From assembly GCF_006345805.1 (NCBI RefSeq), contig NC_042997.1, positions 31,620,001 to 31,684,000 of the forward strand: a stretch of DNA of 64,000 nt. The letters are read 5' to 3'. Made by a program: the position numbers and the translations under genes. How positions within the stretch are numbered: position 1 is the stretch's first letter; each line of letters starts with the position of its first letter. The DNA comes from Octopus sinensis (lineage: Eukaryota). Positions 13,163-26,473 of the stretch are shown here, piece by piece. The notes beneath the pieces were generated by a model that saw only the letters and a program-made list of their open reading frames with translations, ran no database searches and was not told where the DNA came from.

Positions 13163-13200
13163 CTGTTACTCTGAGTTTCTCGTTGCCGTTCATCAGACAG
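13163..13200 (-). ncRNA. Minimal type I hammerhead ribozyme motif (best-preserved copy)
   Basis: Minus strand CTGT-CTGATGA-ACGGCAACGA-GAAA-CTCAGAG-TA-ACAG: full core, GUA triplet, 4 bp stem I (extends past one mismatch), self-complementary stem III; stem II closing pair is A.A. Confidence 0.7.
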
Positions 13201-14229
13201 TTTTTGCTAGAATGGAACAATATATATTGATTCAATCTATACTCTTACAAACGCTACACCTTTAAAAAGAAATGGACTTGTTTGATTGGCCCTTTAGAAA
13301 AAACGGTCAATCTTCGAGCGATAAACAAAAAGGTCAAAAATATATGTATATATATATAAAAACTTATAAAAATTATAAAAATTATAAAATCCGAGGAAAA
13401 AAACCGAGGAAAAAACCTATTGCCGTAATGAAGACAGTACAAATAATGCATAGAAATTAAACCTGTTATAAATACTGCAATACATATTTATATTAAAATT
13501 CACATATATATATCAACATACACAAAAGGATGCGCGTAAACGCCATACATACATATACAGACGTATGAATATGAATCTAAATTATACACATAAAAGCATG
13601 TGTACATATATTCACGCAAACCGTCTCGCACGCAAGCTAAAATTCATCTATGTAGCAATTCTCATATAATGAGCAAGGAGGGGGAACGAAAGAAAGGGAA
13701 GAGAGAAAAAGGAACGAAAGAGGGGGGGGGGGGAAACTTGTAGCGATGTTATTGGCATCTATAGAGGCCAGTATACATACACAAGTTTGAATTGATACAT
13801 ATACATACCGTCGTGTGTATGCGTGCTTAAGCACAAGCATACTTTCACTTACACATACACAGATACGCATGCTTACAAATACATATGCTTTGCTATACAC
13901 AAACTTATATAAACATTCTAAATTGACAACATTGCTTTTTTTTTTAAAAAAACATTGCTTTTAAAAAATGGGTGCATTAATAAAAAATATACGAAAGACA
14001 TATAAAATAAAATATAACATCCTTTTTGGGTCATTTATAAATAATCAGGTAATATAAATAATCAAGGTAATCCTATGCAATACAATAACATGAAAACAAA
14101 GTTTGTAGGTTTTTCCTAATATATATGTAGAAACAATAAGACTTTGCTATAGATCCGTCGTAGCGCTTAAGAGTCAAAATCAAAATCAAAATCAAAATAC
14201 AAAATATATACTTATCCATATGGTATATT

Positions 14230-14785
14230 ATATTCGACATTTTAAATTTAGCCGCGCGTGCCTACATAAGTTCATTAACTCACTTCTTTGATTCAAAGAA
14301 TTATTGTCTTTGAATAATATGTGCATTTTTCTAATAAGCAAAGCTTGCACTTGAAATTATATTTGTAAGCTCCATGCCTGTATGGTGCCGCCCTGTCCAG
14401 AATGCTCCATGTCACGTTGAAAGGTGGGGCTTCCTTTTCTTTTAGTTCCCAGACATTTTGCTAGGCTGGTTTTCTTCCTATCTCTGGGTATTTAAAAGAA
14501 TTCTTATGAGAATAAAATCTTGTTTAAATGAATTTTCTGAAGCCCCTGTGTATGTCTTGTATTCGATGAGCCTTCCACTTGCACCTTGGCTCTTATAAAC
14601 TACTCCTTTCACTAGACATTTCCCTTCTAACGGACAGGAGTTCGTTTTTTGAAATTACATTTCTTAATGGGCTCGGCACCATGTCTAATCTCAATTAGCT
14701 TCCTATTATGTTGGCTAATGTAAGAGGCGAAATTTCTGCAACAAGAATAGCTAACCTTCAGGGTTCTTCTATTAAATATTTACCA
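14230..14785 (-). pseudogene. Penelope-like element GIY-YIG endonuclease C-terminal fragment (frameshifted)
   Basis: Manual translation: SCPLEGKCLVKGVVYK..YTGASENSFK..VWELKEKEAPPFNVTWSILDRAAPY..LNQRSELMNLCRH, typical PLE C-terminal motifs. Confidence 0.85.
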
Positions 14786-14934
14786 CTGGTATTTGAGTAC
14801 TCTTTTTTCCACTTGTTTCACATTTATGTGTTTACTCCGGTATATATATATATATATATATATAGATATATATATATATACGTGCGGTGTAGTATATATA
14901 TATGTGTGCGTGTGGGTGTCTGTTTTTTTTTCCC

Positions 14935-15122
14935 CTTAACATCGTTTCACAGCCGATGCTGAAATCTTAACGTCCCCGTCACGTAGCGGTTCGGCAAAAC
15001 TTACCGATATAATAAGTACTAGGCTTACAAACAATAAGACTTGGGGTCGATTTGCTCGACTAAAGCCGGTGCTCCAGCATGGATGCAGTCAAATGACTGA
15101 AACAAGTAAAAGAATAAAAGAG
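14935..15122 (+). mobile_element. Family A SINE 3' half
   Basis: acgtccccgtcacgtagcggttcggcaaa...gcagtcaaatgactgaaacaagtaaaagaataaaaga. Confidence 0.85.
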
Positions 15123-15124
15123 CC

Positions 15125-15404
15125 TATATATTATTATATTATTATTATATTATTATTATATATTATTATATTATTATTATTATTATTGTTATTATTATTT
15201 GTTTGTATTATTATTATTATTATTAGATATATTATTATATTATGATTATTATTATTTTAATTATTATTATTATTTTATTATATTATTATTATTAGGTTAA
15301 TTATTATTATTATTATTATTATTATTATTTTATGATTATTATTATTATTATTATTATTATTTTATAATTATTATTATTATTATTATTATATATTATTATT
15401 ATTA

Positions 15405-15448
<44 letters not shown>

Positions 15449-15488
15449 TATTATTATTATTATTAATTATTATTATTATTATTAATTA

Positions 15489-15539
<51 letters not shown>

Positions 15540-15570
15540 ATTAATTATTATTATATTATTATTATTATTA

Positions 15571-15630
<60 letters not shown>

Positions 15631-15664
15631 TATATTATTATTAATATTATTAATTATTATATTA

Positions 15665-15700
<36 letters not shown>

Positions 15701-15733
15701 CTATTATTATAATTATTATTATTATTAATTATA

Positions 15734-15786
<53 letters not shown>

Positions 15787-15936
15787 TATTATCATTATTA
15801 TTATTATATCATATTATTATTATTATTATTATTATAATTATTTATATTATATTATTATTATTATTTTTGGTTATTATTATTATTATTATTATTATAGTAT
15901 ATTATTAATATTATTATTATTATATATTATTATTAA

Positions 15937-15968
<32 letters not shown>

Positions 15969-16005
15969 TATTATTATAATTATTATTATCATCATCATCA
16001 TTATC
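15125..16005. repeat. ~880 bp imperfect (ATT)n tract
   Basis: Direct reading. Confidence 0.95.
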
Positions 16006-16393
16006 ATTTTTAACTATTGCAAACTTCTTAAATAAAGAGTCCTGCAGACACTACTTCTTCAAACTGTTGCTCACATTTCGTGACATAATTAGCGAAATTG
16101 TAAACTTTTATACATTTCATATCATATTAAACATGTGGAATATTAGAAGGCGGATTTTGATTTCCTCTACTGCCTCAATTTAAGATTAATTTGCTAAACG
16201 CTTTTCTATAGAGCTAGCAATAAAATAGGGGTCACTTTTTCGAACAAAATTGATCCAGATGCAATGGTTTTACTTTATTTTGTTGCCAACAAAACAAAAA
16301 CAAATCGGATAATATTTCATATGTATATAAAATGTAACCGTTTTTTAGATATATAGATATATGTACATACACACACACCAACACATATATATA

Positions 16394-16465
<72 letters not shown>

Positions 16466-16499
16466 CATTACACAAATGCATATATATATATATAAAGTT

Positions 16500-16690
16500 A
16501 ATCCAAACAAGAAAGCACAAAAAAACACAACAACGCGAGGACGTGAAACAAATATAGTGTTATTGGACGCTCAGGAAAGAAGGAAAGAAGGAGGGTTTAA
16601 CGTTTCGAGCGGAGCTCTTCGTCGGAAACATAGGAGAAGGAAAGATTCAGAGAAGGGAAGACAGAGGAAAAAATATTCGCCAACGGTACA
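16500..16690 (-). mobile_element. Hammerhead-bearing short element (family F), abutting (TA)n
   Basis: Homologous to 51030-51215; motif at 16595-16629 on the minus strand gttt-CCGACGA-a-gagc-tcc-gctc-GAAA-cgtt-aaac. Confidence 0.75.
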
Positions 16691-17304
16691 CACAGCGCTT
16701 CAATTCTGCATGGGTATATGTGTGTATGTGTAAAAAGGAGGGATGAGAATGTTTGTGAGTGTGTGCACGTGTGTAAAATATATTTATATATTTGAGTGAA
16801 TGTATATGTGTATCATATACATATATATTTATATATATATATGTATATGTATATCCTAATATATTCATGAACGTGTTGTCTTTATATATTTGTCCAAAAT
16901 CACGCAGTAGGGGTGTAAGGAAAGGAGAGAAAATACTATTTCAGTGAAGGAGGTGTAGTGAGACTAATAGCCATGACTGAGAGGGAGTGAGAGAAAGAAA
17001 TAGCAAAGAGAAAGAGGAAGTGGCACAAAGAACATCGTGTCTTCTACTATAATGATCTACTATAATAATACTCTTGTGTATTTCTCCGTCACAACATATC
17101 AATGAGAAAGGAAGGGGTGATCCACCGATGGAAGTGGGGTGGTGAAAAGTCAACAGTGAAACAAAAATCAAACAGCGCTTCAATTCTGTGTGGGTATATG
17201 TGTATGTGTAAAAGGGAGGGATGATAATGTTTGTGAGTGTGTGCACGTGTGTAAAATATATTTATATATTTGAGTGAATGTATATGTGTATCAAAAAGTG
17301 CATT

Positions 17305-17637
17305 ACTCTCTTTACTCTTTTACGCTTTTACATGTTTTAGTCATTTGACTGTGGCCATGCTGGAGCACCGCCTTTAGTCGAGCAAATCGACCCCGGGACT
17401 TATTCTTTCTAAGCCTAGTACTTATTCTATCGGTCTCTTTTGCCGAACCGCTAAGTGACGGGGACGTAAACACACTAGGCTTCTTTCAGTTTCCGTCTAC
17501 CAAATCCACTCACAAGGCATTGGTCGGCCCGAGGCTATAGCAGAAGACACTTGCCCAAGGTGCCACGCAGTGGGACTGAACCCGGAACCATGTGGTTGGT
17601 TAGCAAGCTACTTACCACACAGCCACTCCTGCGCCTA
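17305..17637 (-). mobile_element. Family A SINE lacking the internal microsatellite
   Basis: Near-consensus head (aggcgcaggagtggctgtgtggtaagtagcttg) joined directly to the 3' half at ~17490. Confidence 0.92.
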
Positions 17638-18039
17638 TTGTGGCTGAAAGTCTGTTGATAAACTGTTTATAAATACTTTTTGATAAGCTGAGTGACTACT
17701 ACAACCTCGCAGGCCAGGACAGATAGATAGGATGCAATTGAAGCTGGGAATTTGTGTCTACTAACATATTTATATATCGCCTGCGAAAATACACACAAAA
17801 AACTATTCCATTTGGTGGGAGGCAATATCTTTTAACGCATCTGGTGTAGTAGCACAATCATCAGGCATTGCTCAAATTGCATAACTTTGTGGATAGAGCC
17901 TGATGATTGTACTAGGGCACCAGACAGCTAAGAAATACATATTTGTGCATGCTCTCAGCATATGAAATTAATAGTACCACATGAAAACTTATATTGAGTT
18001 TATAAAATAATATATATAGATATATATACATACCATTTT

Positions 18040-18405
18040 GCTTGTTTCAGTCATTTGACTGCGGCCATGCTGGAGTACCACCTTTAGTTGAACAAATCGA
18101 CGCCAGGACTTATTTTTCATAAGCTTGATACTTATTCCATCGGTCTCTTTTTCCGAACCGCCATGTTGCGGGGACGTAAACACCAATATCTGTTCTCAAG
18201 CGATGGTAGAGGAACAGACACAGAACATTTTACATATATATATATATATAAATACGACGTGCTTCTTTCAATTTCCGTCTACCAAATCTACTCAGAAAAC
18301 TTTGGTCGGCCAGAGGTAACAGTAGAAGACAATTGCACAATGAGCCACGCAATGGGACTGAACCCAGAACCATGTGGTTGGGAAGCAAGCTTCTTACCAC
18401 ACAGA
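18040..18405 (-). mobile_element. Family A SINE (divergent subfamily)
   Basis: Both halves present; shares diagnostic variants (aagcacgtcg, gttttctgagtag) with the copy at ~22410. Confidence 0.8.
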
Positions 18406-18773
18406 TTACTGCATTGTCTGGACTATCGGACATTGTTTTACAACGCTAATTACAATGCGCTTTCTCGCCTTCTTTCAGGTGATGTCAGCCAGCTGGCTAG
18501 GAGTGCAGGCCAGCATTCACACTGAACATTCAGTCAATCTTTCGAAGAGTTACCCATCGTGAAACGATCTGATTTGCTCAAGAGCACAACGTAATGCTGG
18601 TCTAAGATTCGTGAGTGCAACACGTTAATCATTAGGCCACGCGACATCACATTAAATATACATACATCTTTACAATATGGCTTCAAATATGTGTGTATAT
18701 ACATACGTACATAGATATATATATATATAAAAAAAAAAATATATATATATGTGTGTGGTGTGTGTGTGTGTGT

Positions 18774-19017
18774 GGAGGCGCAATGGCCCAGTGGTTAGGG
18801 CAGCGGACTCGCGGTCGTAGGATCGAGGTTTCGATTCCCAGACCGGGCGTTGTGAGTGTTTATTGAGCGAAAACACCTTAAAGCTCCACGACGCTCCGGC
18901 AGGGGCGGGGTGATCCCTGCTGTACTCTTTCACCACTCTTTCTCTCACTCTTTCGTCTGTTGGCCTGCTCGCTTAGCCAGCGGGGTGGCGTCATTCAGAG
19001 GCTAAAACAATGCGAAC
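18774..19017 (+). mobile_element. Family C tRNA-derived SINE
   Basis: A box TGGCCCAGTGG and B-box-like GGTTTCGATTCC followed by a non-tRNA body; other copies at 38056-38229 and 57434-57583. Confidence 0.85.
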
Positions 19018-19072
19018 ATATATGTACGTATAAATATATATATACTATTATATATATTATAAGTATAGATAT

Positions 19073-19117
<45 letters not shown>

Positions 19118-19220
19118 ATATATACATGCATACATATATATAGATATATCATACGTATATATGTACGTATAAATATATATATACTTATATATATATATAT
19201 ATAAGTATAATATATGATAT

Positions 19221-21292
19221 GAGACGACGGCAAGGATTGCAAACCGCCTGAGCAAGCACACCAAAATGGTGAGAAGTCTCGGCTCGAAAGAATGCTAATG
19301 GAAACTGAGAAAAGTCTACATCAGTTCCATGAAAAGGAGAGAGCAGATAAAGAAGCTTGGGTATAGAAAATATAAAATCAAACCCTAAAGCTTTCTTTAA
19401 GTTTGCCAAAGAGACAGCCACAGTGCACCAGAGAATAGGACCTCTCTTCCAAAAAGATGGCTCTCTCACAGGAATCCCACGAGGATAAGTGAAATACTGA
19501 ACGAACAGTTCCAAAGTGTGTTCACTACACCTCTAGGACACAGGCAAGTAAACAACCCAGAAGAATTCTTTGCCACTTTACCTGCGGCCAAAGAGACAAA
19601 AATTGAGTACATCAACATCGAAGATGATGATATCACACTAGCCATTGATGAGATTGACACAAACTCAGCTGCTGGACCTGATGGATTCCCAGCGATCCTT
19701 CTCAAATCGTGCAAACGAGCCCTTGCAAAACCGCTACAGCTTCTTTTTCAGAGCTTTCTTGCAAGTGGTAAGCTCCCAGTCAAATTGAAAGAGGGGGTAA
19801 TATGCCCTATCCATAAGGGAGGTAGCAGAGCAGATGCTAAAAATTATAGGCCTATATCTCTGACCTCACACATCAGCAAAGTCATGGAACGAATATTCCG
19901 TAAGAAACTGACTTGCTGTCTGATACCCAGCATGGATTTCGACCATGTAGAGGCTGCCTAACACAGCTCCTGCAACACTATGACTGGGTGTTAAAACAGC
20001 TACTAAATGGCTCAAATGTGGATGTAATATATCTCGACTTTGCAAAAGCCTTTGATAAAGTCGACCATGGTATGATCTGTCACAAACTGCGTGGTCTCGG
20101 CATAGGCGGGAAACTTGGAGAGTGGCTGCACAACTTCCTAAAAGACAGAAAACAGGCAGTTGTGAGCAATGGAGCCACCTCCAAGGAAACGCAAATAACA
20201 AGCGGTGTCCCACAAGGCACTGTCTTGGGGCCACTGATGTTCATAGTGGCCCTTTCAGACATGCCTTCAGTTGCTACGATGACCACCCTTGCTAGCTATG
20301 CAGATGACACAAAGGTCTCCCACGCAATACAAAACCCTGAAAATATTGCGCATCTGCAACATGAGCTGGACCAAATACAGGTGGGCTGAGGACAACAACA
20401 TGCAGTTTAATGCAGGTAAGTCCAGGCCCTGCGCTATTGGCACACAAAGGTAAATGACGTGAAGACTGGATACACTGGCCCAGGAAGAATTGCAATCCCT
20501 GAGTCAAAATCAGTGCGTGACCTGGGCATTGACATGAGCAATGATGCATCTTTCCAAATGCATATTGCTAATCTGGTGATAAAATGCAGACGGCTAGCTG
20601 GATGGATTCTCCGAACTTTCAGAACAAGAGAGAAGGAGACACTGATGGTCCTATGGAAAACATTCGTCCTCAGCCGCTTGGACTACTACTCCCAACTTTG
20701 GTCACACCAACAATATAAAACAAACAGCAGAACTCGAAGCAATTCAGAGAAGCTACACAAAGAAAATCGTCTCAATGCAAAATATCAGCTACTGGGAAAG
20801 ACTGAAGGTATTAAACCTCTTCTCCTAGAGTGGAGGCGGGAGAGATATGCAGTGATATACATCTGGAAAATCCTGGAGGGTCTTGTCCCAAACTTTGGCA
20901 TTCAAAGTTACTCCACCGCAGAACGGGGCGCCGCTGCGTGGTGCCAAGGATTCCAACATCACCATCAAAATACAGGTCCAGATACTGCAACAGCTTGGGT
21001 TTCAGAGGACCACAGCTCTTTAACATTCTCCCTAAATGCCTGAGAGACTTACATGGTGTGGATGTGGGTTTCTTTAAAACTAAACTGGATCTCTTCTTGT
21101 TGGGAGTCCCAGATGAACCTACCTCACGACAGGAGACGCGGATGCGGGCAGCAGCATCGAACTCCCTTGTTGATCAAGTGCCACGTATCAGAGGTGGATT
21201 CACAAACTAGTGTAGCTCATTCAGCGGTGGTGCCCCAGCATGGCCGCGGCCTTCGGGCTAAAACATTTTTAATGATTTAATGATTTAATGAT
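19221..21292 (+). mobile_element. 5'-truncated CR1-group LINE, reverse transcriptase region with frameshifts, (ATGATTTA)n tail
   Basis: ORFs 19518-19961, 19913-20389, 20459-21043: AAGPDGFP, NYRPISLTS, YLDFAKAFDKVDH, GVPQGTVLGP, YADDTK; upstream IKSNPKAFFKF..IGPL; inserted in (TA)n. Confidence 0.95.
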
Positions 21293-22409
21293 ATATATGT
21301 ATATATATATATATATATATACATATATACATACATACATATATATAGATATACATATATATGCACACACATACACACACACACACGCGCATATATATAC
21401 CATACATGTTCATATGCTTTTCGATGTACGAACGGTAGGAAAAAGAACTCCGCACAAGTAGTAGGTCAGATGATTCACTCTCGCACTACACTGAATTTCC
21501 TGTTACATTCCATTCGTCACAATATCTACTCAAACACATATTCTTATGAGCCACAAGTTGAAACACCATTTCAAACTTTCCACTACCAGAAACATGTATA
21601 CTGAATGAACTAGCATCTCCCTGGTGGAGGATCAAATGCAAGGTTATTGAAACATTAAAATTATCTCTTTATTCTAGCCAAACTAAATAGTTTAAACTGT
21701 TCACACGATTGTTTTCGACATCTGCTACATTATATGTCTGGTAAACGACTGTTCACAAGAAAAGAAGAAAAAAATTGGCAATAATATATATAGATCCACT
21801 CTTCTTTAAACTATATTTATGACGTTCATAATTTATTTCTTAGTCATATTTATTATCTAGTGTTCCATTAGGCATTCTATAATGACCAGCAAAGAGCAGA
21901 AATATTTTCTCTGCTTCAGTAAACTTTGATGCTTAACTAAGCAACAAATTCGTCAGTAGACAAATCATATAGTTTTATTGATGATGAATTTGTTAAACTC
22001 CGAATGTTGAGCAGGGCCTTTTAAAACTGCTGGTAGTAATTTGATAAGTAAATTGATACTTTGAGACATATTTGACATTGATTGTTCAACATGTTGAGCT
22101 ATAGCTCTGTTCTCTATAGAATCGAAATAAGCTTATCACACTACATTGAACCACTCTCTTTTTCTCTCGAGATTAAACAGGTTTTCTCGAATCAAAATGG
22201 CGCCGATTTTCAATTGCTACCAACAACAAAAATGATATTTGTGACTACAAGAACACTGTCAATAATAACTGAAAACAAAAGCTACAAAAATACTAGTCGT
22301 ATATGTGACTGGGTTAACTTTGATTTTCTCAATAACAGTATTTTACTGGTATCTATTTAATAAATCATTTATATATGTAACAACCCTCTTCTGAATGTGA
22401 ATTATGAAG

Positions 22410-22740
22410 CAATTCCAAATAGCTTCGTATATAGTTCTAGGTTCAGTCCCATTGCGTGGCACTTTGTGCAATAGTCTTCTACTGTCAACTCTGGCCAACC
22501 AAAGTTTTCTGAGTAGGTTTGGTAGGCGGAAATTGAAAGAAGCACGTCGTATATATACGAGTGTGTGTGAAAAATAGCTTGCTTACCAACCACATTGTTC
22601 CGGGTTTAGTTCCACTGCGCGGCACCTTGGGAAAGTGTCTTCTACTATAGCCTCGGGCCGACCAAAGCCTTGTGATTGGATCTGGTAGACGGAAACTGAA
22701 AGAAGCCCGTCGTATATATGTATATGTGTGTGTGTGTATT
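22410..22740 (+). mobile_element. Two adjacent family A SINE 5' halves
   Basis: ggttcagtcccattgcgtggcac (22440) and tttagttccactgcgcggcaccttgggaaag (22605), each ending aagaagc.cgtcg(TA)n. Confidence 0.8.
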
Positions 22741-23019
22741 CCAGACTTAACGTTCTCGAATGTTTTGTACATACATTGTTCAATATGTCATTCCTTTATT
22801 TCATATAGCAGGGTGTTATCTGAGAAAAATATGTTTCTTCTTCTAGCAGGTCGAGTGACTCTAATGACCCCTTAATGGGTTTACACAGTGTATATTTTCG
22901 CTTGTTGATCAGGTTCCTTTCATCAAAACTGTCGTAAATATTTCTAAGAAACTAATTTTAGTTTGACAAATGGCAAAAATAAATATATCATTAATTAAAC
23001 CGTATCTCACTATAATATG

Positions 23020-23700
23020 GGGTCATTCGACTGCTTACAAATAACAACCGAACCTCTCTCAGAAACAAAATCTCTATAAATTTAGTAGTCCTCGATACAG
23101 CCTTCCAGATGACTTTTCCCAGTCATCAATGGTTTTGTTGTTTATCTCCAGAATAGGTCTTTGGGTACATTAATGATGTAAAACATTCTAAACATGACTT
23201 GAACTATGATCTAAGAGATTTCAGCCATGACCTTCCCAATTATTTTCGCAAGAATAACGTAGATACGTCATTCACTGTTTCCAGATATTTTTTAATGTTG
23301 GTTCGGTGTGATTTGGGAAAGATCTGGTTGTATTTTTCTAACAGTCCGGAAGCTTATTTTCTCTTATTTATATTGATGAAAGATACTCAAGCTATGCCCA
23401 GCCAGTCTATATTTTAGTCTTCGGACAGCATACTCCAATATGTTCTTTCTCAAGATTGCAGTTTATGATTCGATTGAGATTTGACTACGATGTCACGTAA
23501 GTCAAGCAGATTCTCCTTTGAATTCATGTTTGAGTTAAGAAAAATTTGACTGTTATTTCTAGCTATCCGAGTGACTATACAGATATATGTTGCTCGAAGT
23601 AAACTTGGATGTTGCTGTTGTTTGATTCCAGGTCAGTTCTGATTGAACAAATCTATGACCAAATTCGCGAACATGTTTGTTTGTCAGAAACGACATTATC
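23020..23700. mobile_element. Cluster of decayed family D repeat fragments
   Basis: Recurrent gtca(t/c)tcg..gctagaaata.cag.caaat.t.cc.caaatcacacc-like motif on both strands and a gacctggaatcaaacaacagcaac tail. Confidence 0.5.
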
Positions 23701-24212
23701 TAAAACATCGTTTATTTAAAACGGTAGGGTTTAGTTTGAGGGAAACTTGCTCACTAATTCCAGGAAGTCGAACGAACAGTTTGAAACTCTTTTGTTGCAA
23801 ACCTAGACTAGGTTATCTTCAGTGGGGGAATATAATATTAGACAGCAATACAGCAGGCAGACAGTACTATACTGTTCGTTCAGAAGCCGACTCTCTTGCT
23901 CTCTGGCACTTTGTATATCTTCGGAGAGATATTTTGGTTACATGCAGAGATATACTTACATAAGCCCCATTGTAATAACGATTGCTATGGTCTCTGTTCA
24001 GGTGTTGCTGCTACTACTGTTGAAGTTATAGTTGCTATGTTTGTAGCTTTTGCTGGTTTTCCTATTAGTATAGATGTGGTTGTTGCTACTATTATTCCTA
24101 CAGATATTGCTGTGTTTGATGTTTTGTCTCTGTTCTTGTTCTAATGCTGTTATTATCACGGCTGCAGTTATTGATTACGTCATTGTTGCTGTAATATCAT
24201 AATTGTTATTGA

Positions 24213-24660
24213 AAGGCAACGAGCTGTCAGAATCGTTAACATGTTGGGCAAAATGCTCAACTGCATTTTGTCCATCCTTCTATTTTGAGTTCAAATTCCA
24301 CCGAGGTTGACCTTTGCCATTCTATCTTTTCGGGGGTCAATAAAATAAGTACCAGCCGAGTACTGGGGTCGATGTAATCGACTTAATCCCCTAATTAGCG
24401 GCCTTGTGTCAAAGTTTGAAACCGATGCGATTATTTTTATTGAAAGGCGGCAAGCTGGCAGAACTGTTAATGCGCCGGGGGGGAAAAAAAACCCCAGCTG
24501 CATTTCACCTGTCCTTACGTTCTGAGTCCAGATTCCGTCGAGGTAGACTTCACTTTTTATCATATCAGAATCGATAACGTTAAGTACCAGTTGCGTATTG
24601 GTGTCGATGTAATCGACTATCCTCATCCACAAAATTTCAGTTCTTTTGCCTATAGTAGAA
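24213..24660 (+). mobile_element. Two consecutive family B SINEs
   Basis: Heads aaggcaacgagctgtcagaatcgtt (24213) and aaggcggcaagctggcagaactgtt (24443), both with taagtaccag bodies. Confidence 0.8.
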
Positions 24661-24664
24661 ATAT

Positions 24665-25230
<566 letters not shown>

Positions 25231-25670
25231 CTGCTGCTGCTGCTCTTGAAATGTTTTTGTTGTCATTCATTCTTGTTATTTTTGCTGTTTGCTGTTTATG
25301 GTCGTTGTTTTTTTTTCTTTAAGACGGCTGTTTCGTTATTAATATCGTTTATTTTTTTTATCGTTCTTGCTCTTGTTTATGCTATCATAGTTATTCTTAA
25401 TACTGTTACACTTCTTGCTAACAGCACAGCTACTGTTACAACTTCTGCTGCAGTTGTCGTCGTTGTTGTTATTGTTGTTGTTCGTAGTGTCCTTGTTGTT
25501 GTTGTTATTGTTGTTGTTATTGTAAAATTTTGCAATTTACGTCGCCTGTCCAAACGAAAACCCAATAAAACTGTAACCCCCAATAAAACTATAACGGATG
25601 AGATTTTCAGCTCAGATTTGAAAATGAGAATTGTAATAAAATTCTTGTTTGATTTCTAGGTGAGTTGTTG

Positions 25671-25701
<31 letters not shown>

Positions 25702-26171
25702 GCTGTTGCTGTTGATTTCGTTTTTGTTGTTGATGTTGATGTTGATGTGGTGGTTGTTACTGTTCTTCTTTTGCTCTCCTTCCCCCCCCCATTTATTACA
25801 TGTATTACGCATTCATTTCCACAACATGAATGAGCCTACACAAACACACCAACACACATCATAAGCATGTTGTATAAGCAATCTCCCTTATAAATTCAAC
25901 ACACAGAAATACATCTTTATATGTATATAGACACACATATACGCATTTATATGTGTATGTATATATACATGTAAATATATGTATTCATGTATATGCATAT
26001 ATACGCACATATATCTATATATATATTCATATATGTATAAGGATATATATATATGTATATACCCATATGTGCATATATCTGTATATATGTATATGTATAT
26101 ATATCCATATATATATATATGGGTATATATATACATATAGTGCATATGTATGTATATATGTATGCGTATAT

Positions 26172-26217
<46 letters not shown>

Positions 26218-26221
26218 TATG

Positions 26222-26333
<112 letters not shown>

Positions 26334-26473
26334 GGGTGTGAGATGAAAAAATGAAACATGAACATCGCTGTAACATCCTTCTTTGGTTCGTAATAATTGA
26401 GCTGAGTTATATATGATTCAATCTTTCTGTTAAGAGCGGAATTCTTCTAATCGAAACCGGATGCAGAACTTAC

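Noticed and set aside
18774-18850. tRNA gene
   Set aside because: A/B boxes are present but the anticodon and acceptor stems do not pair, and it continues into a body shared with two other copies, so it is a SINE head.
19518-21043. Intact active reverse transcriptase gene
   Set aside because: It is split over several frames by frameshifts and stops, 5'-truncated, with no endonuclease domain.
23157-23963. Apparent multi-exon + strand gene (..FMIRLRFDYDVT-SVLIEQIYDQIREH..)
   Set aside because: The minus strand shows at least two decayed family D repeat copies spanning both exons and introns, and the 135 bp intron is a multiple of 3, so phase compatibility is uninformative.
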